Shown here: one piece after another, positions 19,403-28,877 of the stretch | Layout of the letters: each line of letters opens with the position of its first letter | How positions within the stretch are numbered: the stretch's first letter is position 1 | Assembly (NCBI GenBank): GCA_025054935.1 | Contig: JANWZD010000006.1 | Location: forward strand, 24,228-88,227 | Direction: 5' to 3' | Source of the DNA: Dehalococcoidia bacterium | GTDB taxonomy: Bacteria; Chloroflexota; Dehalococcoidia; SpSt-223 | DNA length: 64,000 nt | The notes under the pieces: model-generated | Databases searched by the model: none | Seen by the model: the letters and a program-made list of their open reading frames with translations, nothing else | Told to the model about the DNA's origin: nothing | Position numbers and translations under genes: made by a program

Positions 19403-21535
19403 CTACCGGAGCGAGAGTAGGTAATCCTGCTCAAGGCGCAGCCCGCTCCCCGCAAGCTCGCCCTGCGCCTCCAGCAGCAGCCGAACCGGCCCGGTCCAGC
19501 GGGGAACGTCGATCAGGATGGGAAGTTCGACGGCGTCGCCCGCAGGAACAAGAAGCGGTTGGTGCACGGCGACCGTCTGCTCGGCAATGCGGCGTCCTTC
19601 GGCGAGCCAGCGCACGGAAAGACGATACGGCTCCGCGATGCGCGGCACAAACGGCGCGTGGTCGGCGTTGGCGAGGATAAGCCACGCTTCGGCGCGCTCC
19701 CCAGCGCGCGCGTGCTGAGGCGCCTCAAGGGCGAGGGTTACCTTATCCCGCGCCGCCAGCGGCGCCTCCGGCACTCGGTAGACGAGGGCTGTGTCGAAGG
19801 TCGCCGCCGGCGCCATGCCGCGCGCCTCCGCCCGGCGGAGAAGCGCTTCAAACGACGTCGGCGGCATCTCGCCGCGATGAACGACGACAAATTCGACCCC
19901 AAGGCCATACAGGACTGCCAGCGTGTCATCATCGGGGAAGCCCGCCATTCGCCGCGAGAGGTCTTTTAGGGTCGGGGGAATGAACCCTCGGTAGCCGTTG
20001 AGCAGCGGCCGCCAGTGGAGCGTTCCCCGCAGCATCCGGGAGGTCTCGTACCATTGCTCCCTTGTGTGAAGCAGCATCGGCAACTCAACGATCGGCGCGC
20101 GGCCCGGCTGCTCGGCCAGCCATCGCGAGACGGCGGGAGGGTGGTCGTCGATCCGCTCCTCAGGGCGGAGAAACGGCAGCGAGAGCGACTCGGTGACCGC
20201 AAACCCCGTGATCAGCAGCGCGGCAACCGCAGCCCCTCCTATGCCGAGGGAATGGCCGGCCCGCTGCAGCGGCGGCCAAGCGGCGAGGCGGGGCAGCAGC
20301 CATGCGAGCGCGAACCCCGCAAGGAGAGCGAGCGCGAGCGTGACGAAGACTGCTGCTCGTGCCGGAACGCGGACGCCGCGGGTGACCGGCAGGAGATCGT
20401 AAAGAAGACCATAGACCCGAACATCGGGCAAGGGCGGGGGGAGCGGCGCAAGCCCCAGCGAGAAATTCCCCGTCACTCCCGCGACCGCCACAGCAGCGAG
20501 GAGAAGCCCCCGGCGGCCGCGGCTGACTGGCAGCGCGAGCGAGAGCGCGCCGATGGCGCCGAGCGTGAGCAGCGTGATCCCCGGGAAGAGCGAGTGCTCG
20601 GTCCATGCCGGATGACGCCACGGCGCCGTGAGCGATCCGTACAGCCAGCTGAACGGTGAGGCGACGAGATAGTCGAGCGGCGAGGCGCTGTACAGCGCAG
20701 TCTCAGCAGCATCGCGGGTGAAGCCGAGCTGCTCGCTCAGCCGAAGATAGAGGAGGCCGAGCGGCGCGTTGACGAGCGCAATCACGCCCGCCGCCGCGGC
20801 CAGCCCTCCAAGCGTCCGGCGGGTGATCAGGCGCGGAGCCGAGAGCAGGCGGACGAGGCACCACACGCCCACCGTGAGCGGGTAGACCAGAACGAAGTTG
20901 TAGGCGGAAAGCAGCTGCGCCGTTGCGGCGAGCGTGAACCCCGCAAGGTCGCGGAGGCGACCGACGGCGATCCAGCGGTCGAGCAGCCAGAGCGAGAACG
21001 GCACCCACTGCACCGACAAGATATGGAGATGGCCGGCATGCACAAGGCGGACGCCGCTGAACGAAAAGAGCGCGCCGGCCGCAAAGGCCGCCCAGCGGTT
21101 TCCTGTCCAGCGGCGGACGAGCAGATAGACCCCAACGGCGCTGAGCAAGAAGGTGGAGAGCAGCAGAAGGTTGTACGCGAGGACGGGGCTGCCTGTCAGC
21201 TTGATGATCGGCCACGCCTGAACCGCCTGCGCAAAGAAATGCTCGTCGTACAGCATCGTGAGCTGGTAGGGGTAAAAAATCGGACCCGTCAAGATCGTCT
21301 CAAGCCGGCTGGGAAAGGCCGCGGCGTACCACGCGAGCGCCCAAGCGGTCAACATCCCGTCGCCGGAGGGCACAAGCGTGGTCGGAAAGCGCAGCAGCGG
21401 ATAGGTCACGACGAGAGTGAGGAGGAGGTAGCCGGCAGCGACAAGGCCCCACTCGCGGAGCGCCCAGCTCGATCGCACGCCCGAGGCAGACTGGGCTCCT
21501 GCCGCCTTCTCTGCCGCTGTCAGAACGCCGCTCAT
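19403..21535 (-). CDS. large polytopic membrane protein, putative GT-C-type glycosyltransferase (paralog of 16537-18360)
   Basis: 710 aa. Same conserved N-terminal membrane-domain motifs as the 607 aa paralog, plus a long C-terminal (likely extracytoplasmic) domain. First gene of the minus-strand operon. Confidence 0.55.
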   Translation of the reverse strand: MSGVLTAAEKAAGAQSASGVRSSWALREWGLVAAGYLLLTLVVTYPLLRFPTTLVPSGDGMLTAWALAWYAAAFPSRLETILTGPIFYPYQLTMLYDEHFFAQAVQAWPIIKLTGSPVLAYNLLLLSTFLLSAVGVYLLVRRWTGNRWAAFAAGALFSFSGVRLVHAGHLHILSVQWVPFSLWLLDRWIAVGRLRDLAGFTLAATAQLLSAYNFVLVYPLTVGVWCLVRLLSAPRLITRRTLGGLAAAAGVIALVNAPLGLLYLRLSEQLGFTRDAAETALYSASPLDYLVASPFSWLYGSLTAPWRHPAWTEHSLFPGITLLTLGAIGALSLALPVSRGRRGLLLAAVAVAGVTGNFSLGLAPLPPPLPDVRVYGLLYDLLPVTRGVRVPARAAVFVTLALALLAGFALAWLLPRLAAWPPLQRAGHSLGIGGAAVAALLITGFAVTESLSLPFLRPEERIDDHPPAVSRWLAEQPGRAPIVELPMLLHTREQWYETSRMLRGTLHWRPLLNGYRGFIPPTLKDLSRRMAGFPDDDTLAVLYGLGVEFVVVHRGEMPPTSFEALLRRAEARGMAPAATFDTALVYRVPEAPLAARDKVTLALEAPQHARAGERAEAWLILANADHAPFVPRIAEPYRLSVRWLAEGRRIAEQTVAVHQPLLVPAGDAVELPILIDVPRWTGPVRLLLEAQGELAGSGLRLEQDYLLSLR

Positions 21536-22370
21536 GACGCGCCGAGCATTCTAGCAACCGGAGCCGACAGTAGCTGGCTGTGCATGGACCTGCTTCCGCT
21601 AGGCCGCCGGCAAAGAGCAGCACAATGTCGGCGGCAGGACTGACCACTGTCTCTCCTCGTCAGCGTCCCCCAACTCGGAGTTCTCGCGGCAGGGAGCGTC
21701 CACGACATGCAGCCCATGAGCGCGCTCGATGCTGGACGAGGCGCGTGTCCGCCTCGATGAGTGCGATACGACCTCGGCGTGGGCAGGCAACGGCTGCCGC
21801 TCCAGTTCGGTGCGCAGCCAGCGCTTCGCGGCAGTCCGGCGCCTGCCCGCAAGGGAGCGCGGCGCAGTTCCGCGCCCCTGCAGACGGAACGCGGCTGGAG
21901 CGCCGGGCATCCGACAGCCTAGCAGGGGTCCGCGCTAGGGGAGGAGCATGCCGCGCGGAGGACATCTTGGCCGTTCGTCCGGCGGACCGACAATCGTCAG
22001 GGATCGAGATGCGGCGCCGCCCTGCAAGCCGTCGCGTGCGGCACTGCCCGAGGCCGAGAGCGCGCTTCGCCCGCAGCAGCGCCGCGACAGGCGGCTGCGC
22101 TGCCGCAACGCGCCGAGATGACGGGGAGGAAGTAGCGTCGCCGTCCTGCAGAGCCGAGGAGGAGGGCAAGCGCCAAGCGCGCTCGTTCGGACTGCTGCCG
22201 CTGAGAGCCGGTCCGCCTTTCGGCGCACGATGCGCGAGGAAGCAGGACGCAGCCCGCAATCGCGCGGGCCGCAGGGAGGCAGGGGAGCGTCAGCCGACGA
22301 GGCGCCGCGCTGCGCAGCAACGCGATCGCCTCACGCCGCTGCGAGGGAGACGCAGCCGCAAGGCGCTCGA

Positions 22371-24383
22371 TCACCCTCGACTGCGCAGCAGCGCCGCCGG
22401 CACGAAGGAATGATGCATCGGACCAGGAGTGGGGAGATCGACCGAGTTCGGGATGATACGCGGCGGGGACACGCTCGCTGCGAGGGCGTCTGCCGGCTCG
22501 AAGATGATCGTGACCGGCGTCCCTGGCGGCACCGACGACGGAATGGCGCTCAAGTCGACCTCGATCTTCGCAATCGGCTGCATCGACGATGTGACGAACT
22601 CAACCAGCGGGGTCACGGTCACCCAGCGCCTGGGGTCGACATCCGGAATGCCGGGCGGCAAGACGAACCGGAACCGGAACCGGATCGGGCGCGGGGCGGT
22701 CGTTCGCGCGGAGAAGAAATACGGCGCGCCCAAGGCGATCGGAGGCACCCGCAGCGAGGTCGGCGGCAGATAGCCTGTTCGGCCGGCGTCGAGGTGGAAC
22801 ATCGGCCATTCGGTTGTCGGCGGCAGATGACGCAGGATCCACTTATATACCCAGCCATTGGTCGCGTCGGTCCCAGGGGTCTCGAAGAGGTTGCCCCCGA
22901 CGACATACAGCTCCAATTGCCCATCGCCGTCGAGGTCGCCGATCGCCGGGCTCGCCTGAACGATAAAGTTCGTGTGATAGCTCGCGATCTGGTTGCCCGC
23001 TGCGTCGAACTCGGCAACACCCCAGTCGACAGCCTGAAAGATGTGCCCCCCTGCGATCACCGGCGAGGTGCGCAGCCCGTCGGTCTTGTTATCGCGGTCA
23101 ACCGGCCGGCGCGACCAGAGCTCTCGCCCGTCCGAATCTACGAGCAGCAGCCGGCTGTTTTCGAACTGGGTGTGGCCAGTCCCATACGCAACCGCAATCT
23201 GGTAGGTCGGCAAGCCAAGGGCAGAGGTCCGGCCACGCAGGTTGGCAAGCGCCGGCGAGCTGTATCCTCCAAACCCCTCAAAGCGGACCCGCCACTTCTC
23301 GGCGCCGGTCGCTGCGCTGACGCAGATAAGATGATTGTCCGGCCGCGGGGTCTGCTGGCCGACGCGACGCGAGGCTCCCGTTTCGCGGTAGAACGGCCCG
23401 GTCGCGAAGACTACTTCAAGGTCCCCGTCGCCGTCAATGTCCGCAACGGCCGGCGCGGCGAAGATCGTATCTTCATAGAAGTTGCGCCAGAGCAGTGTTC
23501 CGTCCGGCCGAAAGGCGTTAAGAAAGCCGCCGCCAAGCTGCTCGACGCCCCCCGCTACCGAGGGGCCGATATCTTGGCCGATGAAGAAGTGATAGCGCCC
23601 CGGCACCGATGCGGCGCTCCACGTGCGATTGACGCTCAGGTCGCCGATGGCGGGCGTCGACCAGACGGAGTCGGCGGCGTGGAACTCCCACAGTTTCCGG
23701 CCGGCGGCGTCAACGAGGTAAATCCAGCGGTCCCACCCGCCGTACATGATATCGAGGGTCGGGCCTTGATAGCGGGATGCAAGCACCGCCGAGCCATAGA
23801 CGGGGTCACGGATGCCGTCTCCTCGCCCTGCCGGCCAGTCATCATGACCGGTGTCGAAATTCCACAGCAGTTCGAAGCGGCGCGTCTGCCGGTTGAAGCG
23901 GTAGCAGTGCATGCCGTTGTCGGGAGCAATGTTATCGTCCACATCACCGCCGACCGGCACGAGCACGCACGGGTCGGCGCCCGGCTGGAGCGCTCCTACC
24001 GAGACAGCCCCGTTGATCGGCCCGATCGTCGGCTGCTCGGCGACAATCTCGAGGGTGTTCGCGCCGCTGCTTCGGACGACAAACACCTTCGCTTCGCCGC
24101 GCCGGTCGTAGGCGCCGCTGACCAAGCGAGCGCGCGTCGTCCCGAAGATCAACTCGGGGCGACCGTCGCCGTCGATGTCATACACCGCAGGAGAACTGCG
24201 GCCGACAAGACCGGCAGGAAGCCGCAGCGTTGCGTCCGGGCGGCTGTTGGAGACGGGCGCCGCCTCTGCCCGGCCTGCGCCTCGCAGCGCAGCCGCGCCT
24301 ATGCCCGCTGCCGCTGCGGTCAATACCGTTCGCCGTGGAATCTGCTGGCGCCGGAAGGATGGTCCGTCGGTTCGTCGCGCCAT
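22371..24383 (-). CDS. Tat-secreted FG-GAP / VCBS repeat beta-propeller protein
   Basis: 670 aa. Twin-arginine signal (RRQQIPRRTVLTAAAAGIGAAAL). Multiple FG-GAP-like Ca-binding loops (DIDGDGRPELIFG, DIDGDGDLEVVFATG, DLDGDGQLELYVVGGN). Confidence 0.7.
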   Translation of the reverse strand: MARRTDGPSFRRQQIPRRTVLTAAAAGIGAAALRGAGRAEAAPVSNSRPDATLRLPAGLVGRSSPAVYDIDGDGRPELIFGTTRARLVSGAYDRRGEAKVFVVRSSGANTLEIVAEQPTIGPINGAVSVGALQPGADPCVLVPVGGDVDDNIAPDNGMHCYRFNRQTRRFELLWNFDTGHDDWPAGRGDGIRDPVYGSAVLASRYQGPTLDIMYGGWDRWIYLVDAAGRKLWEFHAADSVWSTPAIGDLSVNRTWSAASVPGRYHFFIGQDIGPSVAGGVEQLGGGFLNAFRPDGTLLWRNFYEDTIFAAPAVADIDGDGDLEVVFATGPFYRETGASRRVGQQTPRPDNHLICVSAATGAEKWRVRFEGFGGYSSPALANLRGRTSALGLPTYQIAVAYGTGHTQFENSRLLLVDSDGRELWSRRPVDRDNKTDGLRTSPVIAGGHIFQAVDWGVAEFDAAGNQIASYHTNFIVQASPAIGDLDGDGQLELYVVGGNLFETPGTDATNGWVYKWILRHLPPTTEWPMFHLDAGRTGYLPPTSLRVPPIALGAPYFFSARTTAPRPIRFRFRFVLPPGIPDVDPRRWVTVTPLVEFVTSSMQPIAKIEVDLSAIPSSVPPGTPVTIIFEPADALAASVSPPRIIPNSVDLPTPGPMHHSFVPAALLRSRG

Positions 24384-24454
24384 CTTCGCTCCACTGCGCT
24401 CCGCTCGGGCAGCAAGCGCGCGCTGTCCCTACCCGAGCGACAGAAATGTGCAAA

Positions 24455-24499
24455 GCTGCTTAAAGATTCTATCGTCGAGCAGTGCAGCAGCCTCGATAG
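24455..24499 (-). terminator. candidate intrinsic terminator downstream of hflX (hairpin CTATCGAGG...CTCGACGATAG followed by AATCTTTAA on the minus strand)
   Basis: Inverted repeat with arms at 24469-24479 and 24492-24499 (plus-strand coordinates), followed on the minus strand by a T-containing tract. The same AT-richer patch may also carry the FG-GAP gene's promoter. Confidence 0.25.
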
Positions 24500-24523
24500 C
24501 GAAGTCGAGCTCGGCGAAGAGCG

Positions 24524-25705
24524 CTACGCCGCGAACGGCGCGAGGGCGCCCGCGAGGTCCGGGGGAACCCGCGCTTCGAGGCAGATGCCGCGGTCGGTGT
24601 AGTCTTCACGGTCGACTCGACCGCGCTGCCGGACCTGGCTGACAATGCCTTCCTGCCCATAGGGAATCGTAACGCGCACTCGCTGCCAGCCCGCGACGAG
24701 CGCCTGCTGTACTGCCGCAAGCAAGCGGTCGAGCCCCCATCCCCGCGCCGCCGCAATCGGGACGACGCCAGGACCGCCATACTCCCGCTCGGCGAGACGG
24801 AGCGCGCCTTCGCCGGCGTCGGGGTAGAGCAGATCGACTTTGTTGAGCACAAGAACGGTCGGCGTGCGGTCGACCCCGAGCTCACGCAGCACTTGCTCAA
24901 CAGTCGCCCGATGCTGCTCCGCGTTGGGGTGAGAGATATCGAGCACATGCAGGAGGACATCAGCGTCTTCCAGTTCTTCAAGGGTGGCGCGGAAAGCCGC
25001 GACGAGGGTCGCCGGCAGTTTCTGGATGAAGCCGACTGTGTCAGAGAAGAGCACCGTCTGCTGGCCGGGCAGCGTCACCTGCCGCGTCGTCGGGTCAAGA
25101 GTGGCAAACAGCTTGTCTTCGGCCAGCACGCCGGCGTCGGTGAGGGCGTTGAGTAGGGTGCTCTTGCCGGCGTTGGTATAGCCGACGATCGCCACGACGG
25201 GAATGCCGTGCCGGCGGCGATTTTGGCGATACAGCTGACGATGCCGGCGCACCTCCTCGAGTTCGCGCTTCAGGTGCGCGATGCGGTCGCGCGCAAGGCG
25301 CCGGTCGGTCTCAATCTGGGTCTCGCCGGGCCCGCGGGTGCCGATGCCGCCGCCCAGCCGTTCGAGGTGAGACCACTGGCCCGCCAGGCGCGGCAAAAGG
25401 TACTCGGTCTGCGCGAGCTCGACTTGAAGCCGGCCTTCGCGCGTGCGGGCGCGGCGGGCGAAGATGTCGAGGATGAGGGCGGTCCGGTCTATCACCTTGA
25501 TGCCGAGCGCCTTCTCCAGATTGCGCTGCTGGGTCGGCGACAGCTCATCGTCGAAAATGGCCACTGTCGCGCCCGTCTCCTCGCAGCGCGCCTTCACCTC
25601 CTCGACTTTTCCGGCGCCGAGATAGGTCGCCGCATCCGGCCGATGGCGGCGCTGGAACACCGCATCCACGACCTCCGCCCCGGCGGTGGCAGCGAGCTGC
25701 GCCAA
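24524..25705 (-). CDS. hflX: GTPase HflX
   Basis: G-domain motifs IVGYTNAGKSTLLNALT, DTVGF and NKVD, plus HflX N-terminal domain. HflX-like sequence continues in frame upstream to ~25815 with no canonical start codon (see findings). Confidence 0.85.
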   Translation of the reverse strand: MAQLAATAGAEVVDAVFQRRHRPDAATYLGAGKVEEVKARCEETGATVAIFDDELSPTQQRNLEKALGIKVIDRTALILDIFARRARTREGRLQVELAQTEYLLPRLAGQWSHLERLGGGIGTRGPGETQIETDRRLARDRIAHLKRELEEVRRHRQLYRQNRRRHGIPVVAIVGYTNAGKSTLLNALTDAGVLAEDKLFATLDPTTRQVTLPGQQTVLFSDTVGFIQKLPATLVAAFRATLEELEDADVLLHVLDISHPNAEQHRATVEQVLRELGVDRTPTVLVLNKVDLLYPDAGEGALRLAEREYGGPGVVPIAAARGWGLDRLLAAVQQALVAGWQRVRVTIPYGQEGIVSQVRQRGRVDREDYTDRGICLEARVPPDLAGALAPFAA

Positions 25706-25834
25706 CTCTTCCAGCGAGTCCTCGACGCTGAAGAGCGTCGGCTTCTCCGTCTCAACGGCAATCAGCAGGGCGCGCTCGCGCGGCGGCTCAACAGGATGGA
25801 CAGTGCGCGCGATAGGTTCCCTCCTTACTCTCGC

Positions 25835-27016
25835 TTATGACGCCGCGAGCGCCTCCTCCGGCTTCCAAGCGGCGAGGCGCCGCATCGCTTCCTCGATCCG
25901 CTCGGTCGGAGCGGTCAGCGAGATCCGGACATAGCCTTCGCCGCTCGGTCCGTAGCCGATCCCCGGCGTGACGAAGACCGCCGTTTCCTCGACGAGGCGA
26001 GCGGAAAAATCGATCGACTTCACGCCTGCCGGCAACGCCGCCCAGACGTAGAGGCTCGCCTTCGGCTTCGGCGCCCGCAGCCCAATCTTGTTCAGCACCT
26101 CGCAGACCAGGTCGCGACGATACTGGAGGATGGCGTTGTTGCGGAAGACCGCATCCATCGGCCCGTTCAGCGCCGCGATCGCCATCTCCTGAATGGCTTG
26201 GGGAATGCCGCTGTCGAGGTTCGACTTGACCCGCAGCAGCGCATCGATGATCCGCGCGTTGCCGACCGCCATGCCGACGCGCCAGCCGGTCATGTTGTAG
26301 GTTTTCGACAGCGAATGAAACTCGACGCCGACGTCGCGAGCACCGGGCACCTCGAGGAAGCTGTGGGGCCGGTAGCCGTCGTAGGCGACCTCGGTATACG
26401 GCGCGTCATGGAGGACGGCGACATCGTATTTCTTGGCAAAGTGAACGCAGCGCTCGAAGAAGTCGAGCTCAGCAACCGCGCCGGTCGGATTATTCGGGTA
26501 GTTGATCCAGAGCACCTTTGCCTTCCGCGCCACCTCCTCCGGAATGGCATCGAGGTCGGGCTTCCAGCCGCGCTCCTCCGTCAAGGGCAGCCAGTAGGTC
26601 TCGCCGCCGGCGAACATCGTGCCGACCGAATAGACCGGATAGCCGGGGTCGGTCACGAGGGCGAGGTCCCCGGGATCGATAAAACAGAGCGCGATATGGC
26701 CGATCCCCTCTTTGGAGCCGATCAGCGGCAGCACTTCCTTGTTCGGGTCGAGCCTCACCCCGAAGCGGCGCTCATACCATCCTGCGATCGCCTCGCGCAG
26801 CTGCGGGAGCCCGTCGCTCTCCGGGTAGCGATGATTGGCCGGCACGCGTGCCGCCTCCACAAGGCGGTCAATGATGTAGTCTGGAGTGGGGATGTCGGGG
26901 TCGCCGATGCCGAGGCTGATCACATCGCGGCCCTCGGCGCGCATGCGGTTGATCTTGCGGGTGACCTCGACGAAGAGGTACGGCGGCAGCTTCTCAATGC
27001 GCTGGGCAAATCGCAT
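25835..27016 (-). CDS. dapL: LL-diaminopimelate aminotransferase (class I aminotransferase)
   Basis: 393 aa. N-terminus [13 protein letters not shown]-lysine region [14 protein letters not shown], and adjacency to dapF support DapL rather than a generic aminotransferase. Confidence 0.75.
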   Translation of the reverse strand: MRFAQRIEKLPPYLFVEVTRKINRMRAEGRDVISLGIGDPDIPTPDYIIDRLVEAARVPANHRYPESDGLPQLREAIAGWYERRFGVRLDPNKEVLPLIGSKEGIGHIALCFIDPGDLALVTDPGYPVYSVGTMFAGGETYWLPLTEERGWKPDLDAIPEEVARKAKVLWINYPNNPTGAVAELDFFERCVHFAKKYDVAVLHDAPYTEVAYDGYRPHSFLEVPGARDVGVEFHSLSKTYNMTGWRVGMAVGNARIIDALLRVKSNLDSGIPQAIQEMAIAALNGPMDAVFRNNAILQYRRDLVCEVLNKIGLRAPKPKASLYVWAALPAGVKSIDFSARLVEETAVFVTPGIGYGPSGEGYVRISLTAPTERIEEAMRRLAAWKPEEALAAS

Positions 27017-27058
27017 CCTTATCCTCTCTGCTGTGCTGTGAGGCGCCGGAAGAATAGC

Positions 27059-27907
27059 TCAGCGGTCGAGCGGCCACTCCCCGCGGAAGACGAACGCTGC
27101 TGGACCGCGCATCTGCACGGAGCCTCCGTCCCACCGAATAACGAGCGCGCCGCCCGGAAGTCGGACGTCGACCTCTTCGTCGACTAGGCCGTGGAGGCGC
27201 GCCGCCACGACAGCCGCGCACGCCCCGGTCCCGCAGGCGAGCGTCAGCCCTGCGCCGCGCTCCCACACGCGGACATCGAGGCGGCGGCGGTCGCGCACCC
27301 GCGCCACCTCGAAGTTCACCCGCTGCGGGAAAAAGGGGTGCCGCTCCACTTTTGGTCCGAGCGTCTCGAGGGGAACAGCCGAGAGATCCTGTTCAACGAA
27401 GGTGACAGCGTGCGGATTGCCCATCGAGACACAGGTGACCGGGAGGGTCTCGCCGTCGACGACGAGGGGGTAGTCGACAACGCGGGCATCGGCAAGACGC
27501 GTCGTGTCGACCGGGATCTCGGCGGGATCGAGCCGCGGCGGGCCCATGTCGACCGACACCGCTTCGACCACGCCGTCGCGGCGATGCGCCATGACCGTCA
27601 GCACGCCGGCGCCGGTTTCCACCGTGAGCTCATCGCGCGGCGGCACCAGCCCTTCTTCCAAAACAAACTTGGTGTAGCAGCGAATGCCGTTGCCGCACAT
27701 CTCGGCTTCGGAGCCGTCGGGGTTGAAGATGCGCATCCGCAGATCCGCCCGCTCCGACGGCAGGACGAGGATCAGGCCGTCAGCACCGACGCCGTAGTGA
27801 CGGTCGCAGATTGCCTTCGCCAAGGCAGGCCAATCGGCATCGACCGCGCGGGCATCGACCATTACGAAGTCGTTTCCGATGCCGTGCATCTTGGCAAAGC
27901 GCACCAA
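27059..27907 (-). CDS. dapF: diaminopimelate epimerase
   Basis: N-terminus MVRFAKMHGIGNDFVMVD matches the DapF consensus (MxFxKMHGxGNDF). Second catalytic Cys region also present (CGNGIRC). Confidence 0.9.
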   Translation of the reverse strand: MVRFAKMHGIGNDFVMVDARAVDADWPALAKAICDRHYGVGADGLILVLPSERADLRMRIFNPDGSEAEMCGNGIRCYTKFVLEEGLVPPRDELTVETGAGVLTVMAHRRDGVVEAVSVDMGPPRLDPAEIPVDTTRLADARVVDYPLVVDGETLPVTCVSMGNPHAVTFVEQDLSAVPLETLGPKVERHPFFPQRVNFEVARVRDRRRLDVRVWERGAGLTLACGTGACAAVVAARLHGLVDEEVDVRLPGGALVIRWDGGSVQMRGPAAFVFRGEWPLDR

Positions 27908-28836
27908 CTCCTCCGCAGATGAGCGACGACCGCATCGACGAGGTCGGGGCGGTCAGCCGCGAACCATGTGATCGCCGGGTCGTCCAATCGGAACCAAGTA
28001 TACTGCTGCCGCACGAGACGATGGGTTGCCCGCTTGATCCGCTCTTTCGCCTCCTCGAGGCTGAGCGTCCCCGCTACTACTGCCAGCAGCTCACGGTAGC
28101 CGTGGCTGCTCATCGCGGGGGCAGCGGGGGTCAGTCCGGCGTCACGGAGCCGCCGCACTTCGTCCAGCCAGCCGGCGGCGAGCATCGCCTCAACGCGCGC
28201 ATCGACCCGCGCATACAGCGCCGACCGCTCGAGGGTCAAGCCGATCACGGCGGTCTGGTAGGGCGGGGGCTGCACCCGGCCCTGTTCGGAGAACGGCCGG
28301 CCCGTCTTGCGGATCACTTCGATCGCGCGGATCACGCGGCGCAGATTCCGAGGATCGATTTTCGCCGCTGCCGCAGGGTCCCGCTCTGCGAGCTCGCGCA
28401 CCAGGAGGGCGGGGTCGCGGCGCGCGACCTCCTCGAGTTGAGAGCGCAGGGCAGGGTCAGGCGGCACCGGCGGCGGCGCCAGCCCCTGGATCACAGCGCG
28501 AACATACAGCCCGCTCCCGCCGACGAGGATAGGCCGCCGCCGGCGCGCGGCGATGCCGGCGATCGTCGCGCGGGCCGCCGCCAAATATTCTGCCAGCGAA
28601 AACGGCTCCGACGGGTCGCGGTAGGTATACAAATGATGGGGGACGCGCCGTCGCAGCTCGGCAGGGGGCGCCGCAGTCCCGATTTCCATCCCGCGGTAGA
28701 CCTGGCGGCTGTCGGCGTTGACAATCTCTCCGTCCACCTGTTCTGCCAGCGCAACCGCAAGCGCCGACTTGCCGGTTGCCGTCGGCCCGACAATGGCCAC
28801 AAGCGGGATCTGCGGGGGGGAAAGAACGGCACTCAC
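27862..28836 (-). CDS. miaA: tRNA dimethylallyltransferase
   Basis: P-loop IVGPTATGKSALAVALA plus DSRQVYRGMEIGTA. GTG 28836 preferred over ATG 28890, which would overlap the divergent rhodanese start. 46 nt overlap with the dapF 5' end. Confidence 0.8.
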   Translation of the reverse strand: MSAVLSPPQIPLVAIVGPTATGKSALAVALAEQVDGEIVNADSRQVYRGMEIGTAAPPAELRRRVPHHLYTYRDPSEPFSLAEYLAAARATIAGIAARRRRPILVGGSGLYVRAVIQGLAPPPVPPDPALRSQLEEVARRDPALLVRELAERDPAAAAKIDPRNLRRVIRAIEVIRKTGRPFSEQGRVQPPPYQTAVIGLTLERSALYARVDARVEAMLAAGWLDEVRRLRDAGLTPAAPAMSSHGYRELLAVVAGTLSLEEAKERIKRATHRLVRQQYTWFRLDDPAITWFAADRPDLVDAVVAHLRRSWCALPRCTASETTS

Positions 28837-28877
28837 ATACGCAATTGTGCGCCATAATCGGGAGGCAAGGAGGAACG

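Noticed and set aside
21580-22413. 277 aa plus-strand ORF in the long spacer
   Set aside because: ~25% Arg with no domain. Judged spurious, and the region is treated as non-coding.
22230-24602. 790 aa plus-strand ORF
   Set aside because: Antisense overlap with the FG-GAP gene. No domain features. Arg-rich artefact.
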